Under the pieces are notes generated by a model. It saw nothing but the letters and a program-made list of their open reading frames with translations, had not been told where the DNA came from and made no database searches. The position numbers were made by a program, and so were the translations under genes. From positions 1 to 25,949 of the forward strand of contig CAKMZG010000010.1 in NCBI GenBank assembly GCA_929200335.1: DNA of 25,949 bases, written 5' to 3'. This stretch comes from an uncultured Alphaproteobacteria bacterium. GTDB lineage: Bacteria > Pseudomonadota > Alphaproteobacteria > Rhizobiales > Rhizobiaceae. The first letter of the stretch is position 1; every line of letters starts with the position of its first letter. Below are positions 1 to 8,506 of the stretch, one piece after another.

Positions 1-1414
1 ATCTAATCTCAAAACTTGCCCCACCCATATTATTTCCGCTCTCAGCTTGTGTTAGTAATTTAATATCACCACCGTGTGCTTCAATAATTTCAGCCGCAAT
101 AGCCAAACCAAGTCCTGTTCCCCCTGATTTGGTTGAGCCTTCAAATGCAGTGAATAGTTTTTCACGTGCTTTTTCTGGAACACCGCGACCAGAATCAGTC
201 AATTGAATTGCAATATCATTTTCATTGCTTTGCGCGGTTAAGACCAAACGCATTTCTTTTAAGTCTGCACTATTCTCACGCATAGCCTGAACACTGTTGC
301 GAGCAAGATTCATTAAAACCCTAAACAATTGCTCGTGGTCACAATAAACCTGCACCGCCTTTGATACTTCATTTTGCCATAAAATATCCTTGGCTTGATC
401 TAAGCCTAGCAACTCAGCAACATTTTCACCGATTTCGTGCAGAGAAACTTGTTTCTTTTGATCTGGGCTTGCCTCTTTTGCCTTACCATATTCCAGCACA
501 TTTTGAGTATAGTCGGTAGCGCGTTCAATGGTTGCAACCAATTTCGGCGCAAAGCTCTGCACCTTTGGATCATCAACTGCATTAAGGCGATCAGAAAACA
601 AAAGGGCTGAGGTTAAAATATTACGCATATCATGGTTGATTTTAGAAACAGCTAGACCAAGATTTGCTAGGCGTTTCTTCTCACCCAACACCGTTTGCAA
701 TTCGCTTTGCATATCACGTAGATGGTTTTGTGCTATGCCAATTTCATCATCGCGATAGGTTTTTGGCATAACTAAATTGGGGGTCTCTGGATCTTGAGAA
801 AATTGCGATATATTATGAGTGATGCGCTGTATTGGGCGGATGATTAACCAACGCATGGACATATAAATTAAGAGTGCTGTAACAACAGCAATAATTAGAG
901 ATAACAAAATAATATTTCTGGCATATACCCACATTGCATCCCGCAATTTTGCGGCATCTAAAACCAGTTCTAATTTGCCCGGCAGAATCTTCATATTGCT
1001 AATAGCACGGATAAATGTATCATCTTCTATGAAGAGATACTTCACCGAACTTAAAATAGAGCCCAAGCGCAATATTCCATCAAAATCAACCTCTTCTTGG
1101 ATTTCTGATGGCATATCTGTTGTAAGAACCAAATTCTTATGATCCCCTTGAAAAACGATAATGGCACGCGCATCAGTTGTCTTTAATACATTCATCTGCG
1201 CCACATCGCTCGGCATGAGATTTGGGTTATCGCTCAACATGACCACGGCAGCCTCTGCCGTATTCATTTTATCTTCCAGCCATGTATTTCTAAAATTGGC
1301 GATAGAGGGTATAAGCACAACAATTTCAACAAGCATCACAAAGAGAATTGTTAAAATTAGAAGTTTGCCAGACAGACCAGCTAAAACGCCTTTAGGTTCA
1401 GTTATTTTACCCAT
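1..1414 (-). CDS. Membrane-bound sensor histidine kinase (2 TM, HAMP, HisKA, HATPase_c); 3' end runs off the left edge
   Basis: Not in the ORF track; translated by hand from ATG at 1414 and open for 471 codons to the edge. MGKITEPKGVLAGLSGKLLILTILFVMLVEIVVLIPSIANFR (TM1), TM2 IILLSLIIAVVTALLIY, HAMP IRPIQRIT...DDEIG, H-box INHDMRNIL, N-box LMNLARNS, G1 DSGRGVP, G2 GGTGLGLAIA. Confidence 0.93.
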   Translation of the reverse strand, partial: MGKITEPKGVLAGLSGKLLILTILFVMLVEIVVLIPSIANFRNTWLEDKMNTAEAAVVMLSDNPNLMPSDVAQMNVLKTTDARAIIVFQGDHKNLVLTTDMPSEIQEEVDFDGILRLGSILSSVKYLFIEDDTFIRAISNMKILPGKLELVLDAAKLRDAMWVYARNIILLSLIIAVVTALLIYMSMRWLIIRPIQRITHNISQFSQDPETPNLVMPKTYRDDEIGIAQNHLRDMQSELQTVLGEKKRLANLGLAVSKINHDMRNILTSALLFSDRLNAVDDPKVQSFAPKLVATIERATDYTQNVLEYGKAKEASPDQKKQVSLHEIGENVAELLGLDQAKDILWQNEVSKAVQVYCDHEQLFRVLMNLARNSVQAMRENSADLKEMRLVLTAQSNENDIAIQLTDSGRGVPEKAREKLFTAFEGSTKSGGTGLGLAIAAEIIEAHGGDIKLLTQAESGNNMGGASFEIR

Positions 1415-1456
1415 CCACTACTCTTCACTAAATACATAGCCCCATTACAGTATTCA

Positions 1457-2911
1457 TTAACCGAATATTCGCAAAAATCCAAGCAACTTACGTAATATTG
1501 GTGATTTAGGAGCATCCGCATAATAGGTAATAGCAGCACGCTTACCTATTTCAGTCATTGTCGGATAAGGCGATACAAAACCTGCAATATCTTTAACCTT
1601 CATACCTTTTGAGATTGCTAAAGCCCACATATTAATCATTTCGCCGGCATTTTGACCAACAATCGAGACCCCTTCAATCTTACCGTTCTTACGGGTGATC
1701 ATTTTAATCAGGCCATCGGTTTTCTTTTCTGCCTGCGCGCGATCATTTTCTGAATAATCCCACCGTAAAATTTTGATGTTATCGCCTAAGACTTTTTTCG
1801 CTGTTTCTTCCGTATGGCCAATATGAGCGATCTCTGGATCTGTATAAGTTGCCCATGGAATCATATGGGTATTTTCACGCGCTGGCAGACGAAACAAAAT
1901 TGCTCTTACCACAAGTCCCGCTTGATATCCCGCCATATGGGTAAATTGCAAGCTACCTGCAACATCGCCAATGGCATAGACGCGCTTATTGGAGGTGCGC
2001 ATTTTATCGCTCACCTTGATACCTCGTCGGGAATATTCAATGCCCGCAGCCTCTAGTCCAAGGCCATTTACATTTGCAGCACGCCCCGTAGCAACCAGCA
2101 AATGTGATCCCTCAATAGCGCGTTCATTTGGAGCTTCATCAGTACCAATGTTCAATGTTACAAGAACACCATCGCCTTGTTTAGCAACTTTAACAACTTT
2201 AGCACCTTCTAGAATTTCTACGCCATCCTCACGGATTTTCTTCAAAGCAATTGCCGTTAGCTCAGGATCATCTTTACCCAAAGCTTTAAAGCCTTCCACA
2301 ACAGTTACCTCAGCACCAAGACGGCGATGAGCTTGCGCCAATTCCATACCGATAGGACCACCACCAATAACAATTAACTTTTTCGGCGCCTCTTTCATAT
2401 CAAAGATAACTTCATTGGTAAGATAATTCACCTCATCCAATCCTGAAATTGGTGGCACAAAAGGCGATGAGCCTGTTGAGATGACAAAACGACGGGCTTT
2501 TATCTCATATTCAATACCGTCTTTACCCGTTGAAACAACCGTATTGGCATCTTTAAATTGGCCAGCACCTTCAATGACATTGACCCCTAAACCTTCAAAG
2601 CGCTCTACAGAATCATGAGGTGCAATAGTGCCGATAACACTATGGATATGATCATGAACTTTGCCAAAATCGACTTTTGGCTCACCAGCATCAATGCCAA
2701 ATTTCTTTGCGTCTTGGATGGATTTAGCATATTTTGCTGCGGCAATAATAGCTTTGGATGGCACGCAACCGTAATTCAAACAATCGCCACCCATTTTACC
2801 CTTTTCAAGCAATACAACATCAACACCAAAAGCGGCCGCTGCGGCTGCAACAGATAGCCCTCCAGAACCAGCACCAATAATGCAAATATCAGGCGTTAAT
2901 TTTACTGTCAT
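1457..2911 (-). CDS. Class I pyridine nucleotide-disulfide oxidoreductase, MerA/dihydrolipoamide dehydrogenase-like, substrate unknown
   Basis: FAD motif IIGAGSGG, redox disulfide GGDCLNYGCVPSK, second Rossmann motif GGGPIGME, ATGR, AIGDV, interface motif PYPTMTE. No lipoyl or NmerA domain and no C-terminal Cys pair. ATG 2911 preferred because GGAA lies upstream; 2923 is the alternative start. Confidence 0.9.
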   Translation of the reverse strand: MTVKLTPDICIIGAGSGGLSVAAAAAAFGVDVVLLEKGKMGGDCLNYGCVPSKAIIAAAKYAKSIQDAKKFGIDAGEPKVDFGKVHDHIHSVIGTIAPHDSVERFEGLGVNVIEGAGQFKDANTVVSTGKDGIEYEIKARRFVISTGSSPFVPPISGLDEVNYLTNEVIFDMKEAPKKLIVIGGGPIGMELAQAHRRLGAEVTVVEGFKALGKDDPELTAIALKKIREDGVEILEGAKVVKVAKQGDGVLVTLNIGTDEAPNERAIEGSHLLVATGRAANVNGLGLEAAGIEYSRRGIKVSDKMRTSNKRVYAIGDVAGSLQFTHMAGYQAGLVVRAILFRLPARENTHMIPWATYTDPEIAHIGHTEETAKKVLGDNIKILRWDYSENDRAQAEKKTDGLIKMITRKNGKIEGVSIVGQNAGEMINMWALAISKGMKVKDIAGFVSPYPTMTEIGKRAAITYYADAPKSPILRKLLGFLRIFG

Positions 2912-2928
2912 TTCATGTTCCATTCTTT

Positions 2929-2965
2929 GTTTTAAAGCTTCACCATAGTTTTAAAGCTTCACCAT
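2929..2965. repeat. Exact tandem 18-bp direct repeat GTTTTAAAGCTTCACCAT x2 (2929-2946, 2948-2965)
   Basis: Read directly from the sequence; copies are separated by one A. Confidence 0.95.
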
Positions 2966-3014
2966 GGCTATAGTTTCTTAATACAACATAGTATCTATTA
3001 TTAATTTCAATAAT

Positions 3015-3043
3015 TTTATATTAGACTTACGACTTCTATTCAA
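3015..3043 (-). promoter_or_regulatory. Putative sigma70 promoter for the oxidoreductase-kinase pair
   Basis: Minus strand TTGAAT-N17-TATAAA, immediately after the DedA stop codon. The region is AT-rich, so a chance match is possible. Confidence 0.5.
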
Positions 3044-3044
3044 C

Positions 3045-3821
3045 CTATTGAGCCTTGCGCTTCTTCCATGCCTTTAGAACAATTGGAATGAGTGCAACGA
3101 AAATCAATGCAATCATAGCACCTATAATTTCTGGCGTAATTGCAGCTTTTAAATCAATAGAACAAGTTCCTGCAGCCCCACATCCTGGATTAGCAGCTTC
3201 TTGAGCAGCAATGATACTATCCAACCCCTCGCCCAAGAAAGCATATGCAAATGTTCCCGGTGCAATGCCGATAAATGTTGCTGCGAAATAAGACGGCAAC
3301 CGCACATTAAACAGCGCTGGTGCAATATTGATCAACCAAAATGGGAATACAGGCACCAAACGCAAGAATAAGAGGTAATTAAAGGCATCCTCTTTAAAGC
3401 CATCAGCTAGCTTAGCAACGCTTTTGCCTGCTTTTTCTTGTAATATACTGCCAAAAGATGTTCGTGCAGCCATAAAGATAATGGATGCCCCAATGGTTGC
3501 TGCCAAAATGGTTATAGAACCACCAATCAACCAACCGAAGAAAAAACCACCCGCTATGGTAAGCAACGATGCCCCAGGAAAAGATAGAGCCACTGCCACA
3601 ATATAAAGACCAGCAAAGGTAAGCAAAGATATAAAGAGATTCTCATTAACATAACTGGCTAAATCAGCACGGTGCTGAATCAATGCAGAGAGCGTAAAAA
3701 ACTTATGCCAGCCCATAGCATAGGCAAAACCCATTAAGCCTAGGATCACAGCAAGAGGTGTAAAGCGTTTCATCAAAGAAACTTTTGTTTTTGGCTCGAT
3801 GTGTTGCGCTTCTTTTTCCAT
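3045..3821 (-). CDS. TVP38/TMEM64 (VTT domain, DedA superfamily) membrane protein
   Basis: Re-entrant motifs ALSFPGASLLTIAGGFFFG and LLFLRLVPVFPFWLIN, then GIAPGT and several hydrophobic helices. ATG 3821 preferred because GGAAG lies upstream; 3875, 3857 and 3836 are alternatives. Confidence 0.9.
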   Translation of the reverse strand: MEKEAQHIEPKTKVSLMKRFTPLAVILGLMGFAYAMGWHKFFTLSALIQHRADLASYVNENLFISLLTFAGLYIVAVALSFPGASLLTIAGGFFFGWLIGGSITILAATIGASIIFMAARTSFGSILQEKAGKSVAKLADGFKEDAFNYLLFLRLVPVFPFWLINIAPALFNVRLPSYFAATFIGIAPGTFAYAFLGEGLDSIIAAQEAANPGCGAAGTCSIDLKAAITPEIIGAMIALIFVALIPIVLKAWKKRKAQ

Positions 3822-3864
3822 ATTTAAGTCTTCCATTTGTGTAGAACCTGTAACCATTTGCGAA

Positions 3865-4746
3865 TTATTTTGCATCGTTCAAGCTCCAATCATAAGCATA
3901 GCTTGAAATCTTAGCATCCTTGATTCGTGCTGCAAGCTCAGGTTTAGCATATTTAAGCCAATGTTTTTTAAGTCTTTTTGACCCACCAAAATCACCCGCA
4001 TACCATTTGTAGATTTTTGACGCTGTTATCTTACCATTTTTAACCGAAATGCCACGCGGGTGATTAACATATGATACCGCGCTTTGTTTCATTAAACCAA
4101 AACGATTAGCGCCTGTATAAGCCCTATTCATCAGATTTGGGCAGGAAAAGGATGCGCAATTTAAAGCATAATGAGACAAAGCGGTTTTAAAGATAGGACG
4201 AATGATTTTATGCTCAATTTCATCCAAGCTCAGATTTTCACCTGAAACTTTCAAAATATCCTTTGCCCAAGGCCCAGAACCAAAGAAAGAGCCTCCAAGA
4301 TTAATTTTCTTTATGGATTTGATTGGATATTTAGAAGCTACTAGCTCCAACGTCTTGGCATTATATAGATTAATCCAATAAGCATGCGCCTCACCTTTTT
4401 TCAAAGCTTTGGCATCTACACCCTGTAGGGTTTTGAGGTAATTGCGAAGCGCACTTAATCCGCCGGACTTCAACCCCTTATAATTAACCCGATTATAACC
4501 ATCGTTGCCCACTTTAACGTATTTTCTCACAAGCTTATCATATGCACTATGATCAACAGATCCTGTCCCTTTTGGGGCAAACGTCTTAGCCAGAGAAGCT
4601 GCATCTGCTTGCCCTGTAGCAATGATAAAAAAGGCTGCAGATAGCGTAAAACCTAATGCAAGTGTTAAGCCTATTTTAGACTTATTATTAATAGGCTTAA
4701 CACTTACTAACGCCCCATCCTGTGTATTTTTAAATTTGTTATTCAT
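3865..4746 (-). CDS. DUF547-family exported protein
   Basis: Signal-like segment (KSK...LALGFTLSAAFFIIATGQADA) and family-like motifs VNY, AYWINLYNA, LSLDEIEH, HYALNCASFSCP, SKIYKWYAGDF, YDWSLN. Start at 4746 or 4761. Confidence 0.85.
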   Translation of the reverse strand: MNNKFKNTQDGALVSVKPINNKSKIGLTLALGFTLSAAFFIIATGQADAASLAKTFAPKGTGSVDHSAYDKLVRKYVKVGNDGYNRVNYKGLKSGGLSALRNYLKTLQGVDAKALKKGEAHAYWINLYNAKTLELVASKYPIKSIKKINLGGSFFGSGPWAKDILKVSGENLSLDEIEHKIIRPIFKTALSHYALNCASFSCPNLMNRAYTGANRFGLMKQSAVSYVNHPRGISVKNGKITASKIYKWYAGDFGGSKRLKKHWLKYAKPELAARIKDAKISSYAYDWSLNDAK

Positions 4747-4972
4747 CTGACTTACCACCATATTTTTGTTAATAGCTGACCTTCATTCTCTTGATGGAAT
4801 AAAAAAACATTCAACACAATTAAAATTCAGAGCACCTCACTCCCATTTGAGATCAGCACACATTCAACTCACGTTTCTGTGATTAGATGGCAAGAAAAGC
4901 CGCTTTTTTCACGCTTTTAATTAAAAACTGCAATAAATTTGTAAAATTAGCTGAAAATCCAGCGCTCATGAA

Positions 4973-5001
4973 TTGACTTAAAGCCTTCAGCTGACTATAG
5001 A
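4973..5001 (+). promoter_or_regulatory. Putative sigma70 promoter of the rpmH-rnpA-yidC operon
   Basis: TTGACT (4973-4978)-N17-TATAGA (4996-5001), a near-consensus match with canonical spacing. Confidence 0.7.
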
Positions 5002-5139
5002 TGCACGAAATTTGATGGCAAATGTCGATCTCATAATTGTGTAGTATAAGAATTGCATATTATAGGAATCGCGTTATAAAGCTGATCTCACATTAAGAAT
5101 ATTCAAACAAGAAGGCCCGCCTAAGCGTGGGAAGATACT

Positions 5140-5274
5140 ATGAAGCGTACATACCAACCAAGTAATCTTGTTCGCAAACGTCGCCACGGTTTCCGTGCAC
5201 GCAAAGCAACTGCATCTGGCCGTAAAATTTTGGCAGCACGTCGCGCGCGCGGTCGCAAGCGTTTATCTGCGTAA
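5140..5274 (+). CDS. rpmH: 50S ribosomal protein L34
   Basis: Below the ORF-track length cutoff. Hand translation [44 protein letters not shown] (44 aa); GGGAAG upstream; precedes rnpA. Confidence 0.99.
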   Translation: MKRTYQPSNLVRKRRHGFRARKATASGRKILAARRARGRKRLSA

Positions 5275-5339
5275 GCATTTGCCAATTTTGGCAAAGCAGT
5301 GGCTCGACTATATCCTAGCGAGCCAATCAGTGAGGGACT

Positions 5340-5774
5340 ATGGGCGTATCAATTCCTGAAATAGCCCGAATTACCAAACGCCGTGATTTCGTTGCGGTGA
5401 AAAATGTCGCGCGAGCACATAAGATGCTCGCCCATGGGCGCTCCTTCGTATTACAAGGCGCACCACGCAAAGCCCAAGTAACATCTCAAAAAATTAAAAA
5501 ATCACTAGATCCAATTAACCGCTTTGGCTTTACCGTCACTAAACGTGTGGGTAATTCTGTCGTACGCAATAGAATTCGCCGTAGAATGCGTGAGGCTGTG
5601 CGCCTCCATGCGGGTAAGATCTTGGTCAAACATTCGCTAAAAGCCCATGATTTTGTAATGATTGCCAGAGAAGAGGCACTGCATATCCCTTTTCAACAAA
5701 TGATTGCAGAACTCACATCAGGGCTTGACGTAATTGCAAAAAAAAGCACACAACAGCAAAGAAATCTGTCATAA
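5340..5774 (+). CDS. rnpA: Ribonuclease P protein component
   Basis: RITKRRDF, RFGFTVTKRVGNSVVRNRIRRRMRE (RNR motif), DFVMIAR; lies between rpmH and yidC; GAGGG upstream. Confidence 0.96.
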   Translation: MGVSIPEIARITKRRDFVAVKNVARAHKMLAHGRSFVLQGAPRKAQVTSQKIKKSLDPINRFGFTVTKRVGNSVVRNRIRRRMREAVRLHAGKILVKHSLKAHDFVMIAREEALHIPFQQMIAELTSGLDVIAKKSTQQQRNLS

Positions 5775-5852
5775 GCCTATAATGGGCTGGGGCTCAATAA
5801 TTCTGCCACCTAAAACTGGCAAATATTGAATATATAAACTTGAGAGTAAAAA

Positions 5853-7667
5853 ATGAAATTTGACCGTAACTTCATCTTAGCAATGGTATTGTCTTTAGGC
5901 GTATTTTTAGTTTGGGACTATTTTTATGAAGGCCCAAGACGCGAAGCAGAGCGTCAAGCGCGTGAACAAGAGCAAGCTTTACTGGAAAAATCTGAAGAAA
6001 CTAAGCAATCAGGAAATGCTCAAGGCGCAAATTCTGGTTCAAACTCTCAAGGTGATATTCCTAGTAATAATAATACTGCATCAGCTGCGACCCAATCCGA
6101 TGAAGAAGCATTAAATGCAGCACCACGCATCACTATTGAAAGTGAGAGTGTTACTGGTTCAATTAATTTAAGAGGCGCTCGTTTTGATGATTTGCACCTA
6201 AAAGGTTATCATGAAACAGTTGATCAAAGCAGCCCAACCATCACATTGCTAAAGCCTAGCAATGATGCAAATGCATATTTTGCGGAATTTGGGTTTGTCG
6301 GCAATGAAAAAACTGGCGAAGTGCCAAGCGCTAAAACAATTTGGAAGCTCAAATCAGGCGAAAAACTTTCTCCTGAAACTCCAGTAACATTAACTTGGAA
6401 AAATCCTAAAGGCATTGAGTTTAACCGTGAAATTTCACTAGATAAAGACTTCATGTTCAACATCAAAGACACTGTTAACAATGGCTCTAGCGAGACGATT
6501 GAGCTTAGTAACTATGGCCGTATTACCCGTTATGGTGAAATTAAAACCGAAGGTATTTTCGTACTCCATGAAGGCATGTTAGGCGTATTTGGTGAGGAAG
6601 GTTTTGTTGAACAAGACTATGATGACATTCAAGAAGAGGGTATTCTAAAAAATAAGCCATCAAAAGATGGTTGGATTGGATTTACCGATAAATATTGGGC
6701 AACAGCATTAATACCAAGCACTGAATTTAATTCACGCTTCAATCATTTTACAAATGGCCGTCCGCGCTTTCAAACTGATTTTACAGAAAAACTACCAAGC
6801 ATTGCAGCTGGCAGCACCGCCAGTATTGAGAATCGCTTTTTTGCTGGCGCAAAAGAAGTTGATATTATCAATAGATATGCAGATAGCGGTATCGACCGCT
6901 TTGACCTGATGATCGATTGGGGTTGGTTCCACTTCCTAACAAAACCAATGTTCTGGTTGCTTGACCTCATCTTTAAATTCGTTGGAAACTTCGGTGTCGC
7001 AATTTTAGGCGTAACGGTTATTCTTAAAATTGTATTCTTCCCATTGGCAAATAAATCTTATGCTTCAATGGCACGAATGAAGATTTTCCAACCTCGAATG
7101 ACTGAATTAAAAGAGCAATATGGCGATGACCGCGCTGGTTTGCAAAAAGCAATGATGGAGCTTTATAAAAAAGAAAAGATCAACCCTGCCTCGGGTTGCT
7201 GGCCGATGTTAGTTCAGGCTCCTGTATTTTTTGCGCTTTATAAGGTTATCTATATTACCATTGAGATGCGTCACGCGCCTTTCTTTGGCTGGATTCAAGA
7301 TTTATCTGCACCGGACCCAACCACTATTTTCAACCTATTTGGCCTCATTCCAATTGATATGCCAGCGTTCTTGATGATTGGTGTTTGGCCACTATTAATG
7401 GGTATTACAATGTTCTTGCAAATGCGCATGAACCCAACACCACCAGACCCAACTCAACAAATGATCTTCACATGGATGCCGATTGTATTCACATTCATGA
7501 TGGCAGGCTTCCCAGCTGGTCTTGTGATCTATTGGGCATGGAACAATTTCCTATCGATCCTTCAACAAGGTGTGATTATGAAGAAACACGGTGCTAAAAT
7601 TGAGCTTTGGGATAATTTACGCGCTCTGTTTAAGAAAAAAACAGCCGATGAGGCAAGCTCGGAATAA
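5853..7667 (+). CDS. yidC: Membrane protein insertase YidC
   Basis: N-terminal TM, large periplasmic domain, IDWGWFHFLTKPMF, GNFGVAIL, GCWPMLVQAPVF, WIQDLSAPDP, PAGLVIYW. Confidence 0.98.
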   Translation: MKFDRNFILAMVLSLGVFLVWDYFYEGPRREAERQAREQEQALLEKSEETKQSGNAQGANSGSNSQGDIPSNNNTASAATQSDEEALNAAPRITIESESVTGSINLRGARFDDLHLKGYHETVDQSSPTITLLKPSNDANAYFAEFGFVGNEKTGEVPSAKTIWKLKSGEKLSPETPVTLTWKNPKGIEFNREISLDKDFMFNIKDTVNNGSSETIELSNYGRITRYGEIKTEGIFVLHEGMLGVFGEEGFVEQDYDDIQEEGILKNKPSKDGWIGFTDKYWATALIPSTEFNSRFNHFTNGRPRFQTDFTEKLPSIAAGSTASIENRFFAGAKEVDIINRYADSGIDRFDLMIDWGWFHFLTKPMFWLLDLIFKFVGNFGVAILGVTVILKIVFFPLANKSYASMARMKIFQPRMTELKEQYGDDRAGLQKAMMELYKKEKINPASGCWPMLVQAPVFFALYKVIYITIEMRHAPFFGWIQDLSAPDPTTIFNLFGLIPIDMPAFLMIGVWPLLMGITMFLQMRMNPTPPDPTQQMIFTWMPIVFTFMMAGFPAGLVIYWAWNNFLSILQQGVIMKKHGAKIELWDNLRALFKKKTADEASSE

Positions 7668-7735
7668 TCTGCTCGATTGCAAAGTTCAAGCGCAATGAAA
7701 CACGCTTGATCTTTCATTAAACAAAGGAACGTCCA

Positions 7736-8422
7736 GTGAGCGACTCTAATGATGTAGAAAAAAATGAGCGCCCAGATGAGGACTATGAGCAGGCTCGCCT
7801 GCTCTTTGCACGCACTTGGGTATTCATTCGCTCTGTTCCCACCATGAAGCATTTGCCAGATTTAGGGCCGCCAGAAATTGCTTTTGCTGGTCGCTCTAAT
7901 GTGGGTAAATCCTCATTGATTAATGCGCTGGTTGGTCAGGGCAATATTGCCCGTACATCCAACACACCAGGGCGCACACAAGCGCTTAATTATTTTATTC
8001 CCGATGGTGATTGGCAAGAAACCAATGAATTACCTCCCATGGCGATGGTTGATATGCCCGGCTATGGTTTTGCCAAAGCACCAAAAGCAACAGTGGATGC
8101 TTGGACTAAATTGATCTTTTCCTACCTTCGCGGACGCTCAACCTTAAAGCGGGTTTATCTCTTGATTGATAGCCGCCATGGGGTGAAGAAAAACGACATT
8201 GATGTGATGAAGCTTTTAGATACGGCCGCAGTTTCCTATCAGATAGTTTTAACTAAAACGGATAAGATTAAAGCTTCACAGCTTGAACCCCTTAAAGCCA
8301 AAACGCTCGATGCCATTAAAAAACATCCTGCGGCTTTTCCAGAAGTAATTCTTACTTCCAGCGAGAAGAAGTACGGCTTAGATAGCTTACAGCTGGCTAT
8401 CATGGATGCTATTTCAGTTTAA
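7736..8422 (+). CDS. engB: Ribosome biogenesis GTPase YihA/YsxC
   Basis: G1 [10 protein letters not shown]2 TPGRT, G3 DMPGYG, G4 TKTD; GTG start with AAGGA upstream. Confidence 0.97.
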   Translation: MSDSNDVEKNERPDEDYEQARLLFARTWVFIRSVPTMKHLPDLGPPEIAFAGRSNVGKSSLINALVGQGNIARTSNTPGRTQALNYFIPDGDWQETNELPPMAMVDMPGYGFAKAPKATVDAWTKLIFSYLRGRSTLKRVYLLIDSRHGVKKNDIDVMKLLDTAAVSYQIVLTKTDKIKASQLEPLKAKTLDAIKKHPAAFPEVILTSSEKKYGLDSLQLAIMDAISV

Positions 8423-8506
8423 TGCCTATATAACGCACTCTACCTTGCAAAGTTTATCTCCCTTATGGCATGAGTAAATCTACATGATTTATTATAGGGG
8501 AAAGAT

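Noticed and set aside
1457-2911. Calling the reductase merA or lpdA
   Set aside because: It lacks the MerA C-terminal Cys pair and any mer context, and it lacks the HPTxxE His and any 2-oxoacid dehydrogenase context.
4762-5139. Replication origin next to rpmH, as in the dnaA-rpmH arrangement of many bacteria
   Set aside because: No dnaA gene is present and I found no DnaA-box cluster in this spacer.
5775-5852. yidD or a remnant between rnpA and yidC
   Set aside because: The gap is only 78 bp with no suitable ORF; absence at this locus is unremarkable.
5985-6110. N/S/Q-rich low-complexity stretch in YidC
   Set aside because: A variable linker after TM1 is normal for YidC, and there is no nucleotide-level repeat.
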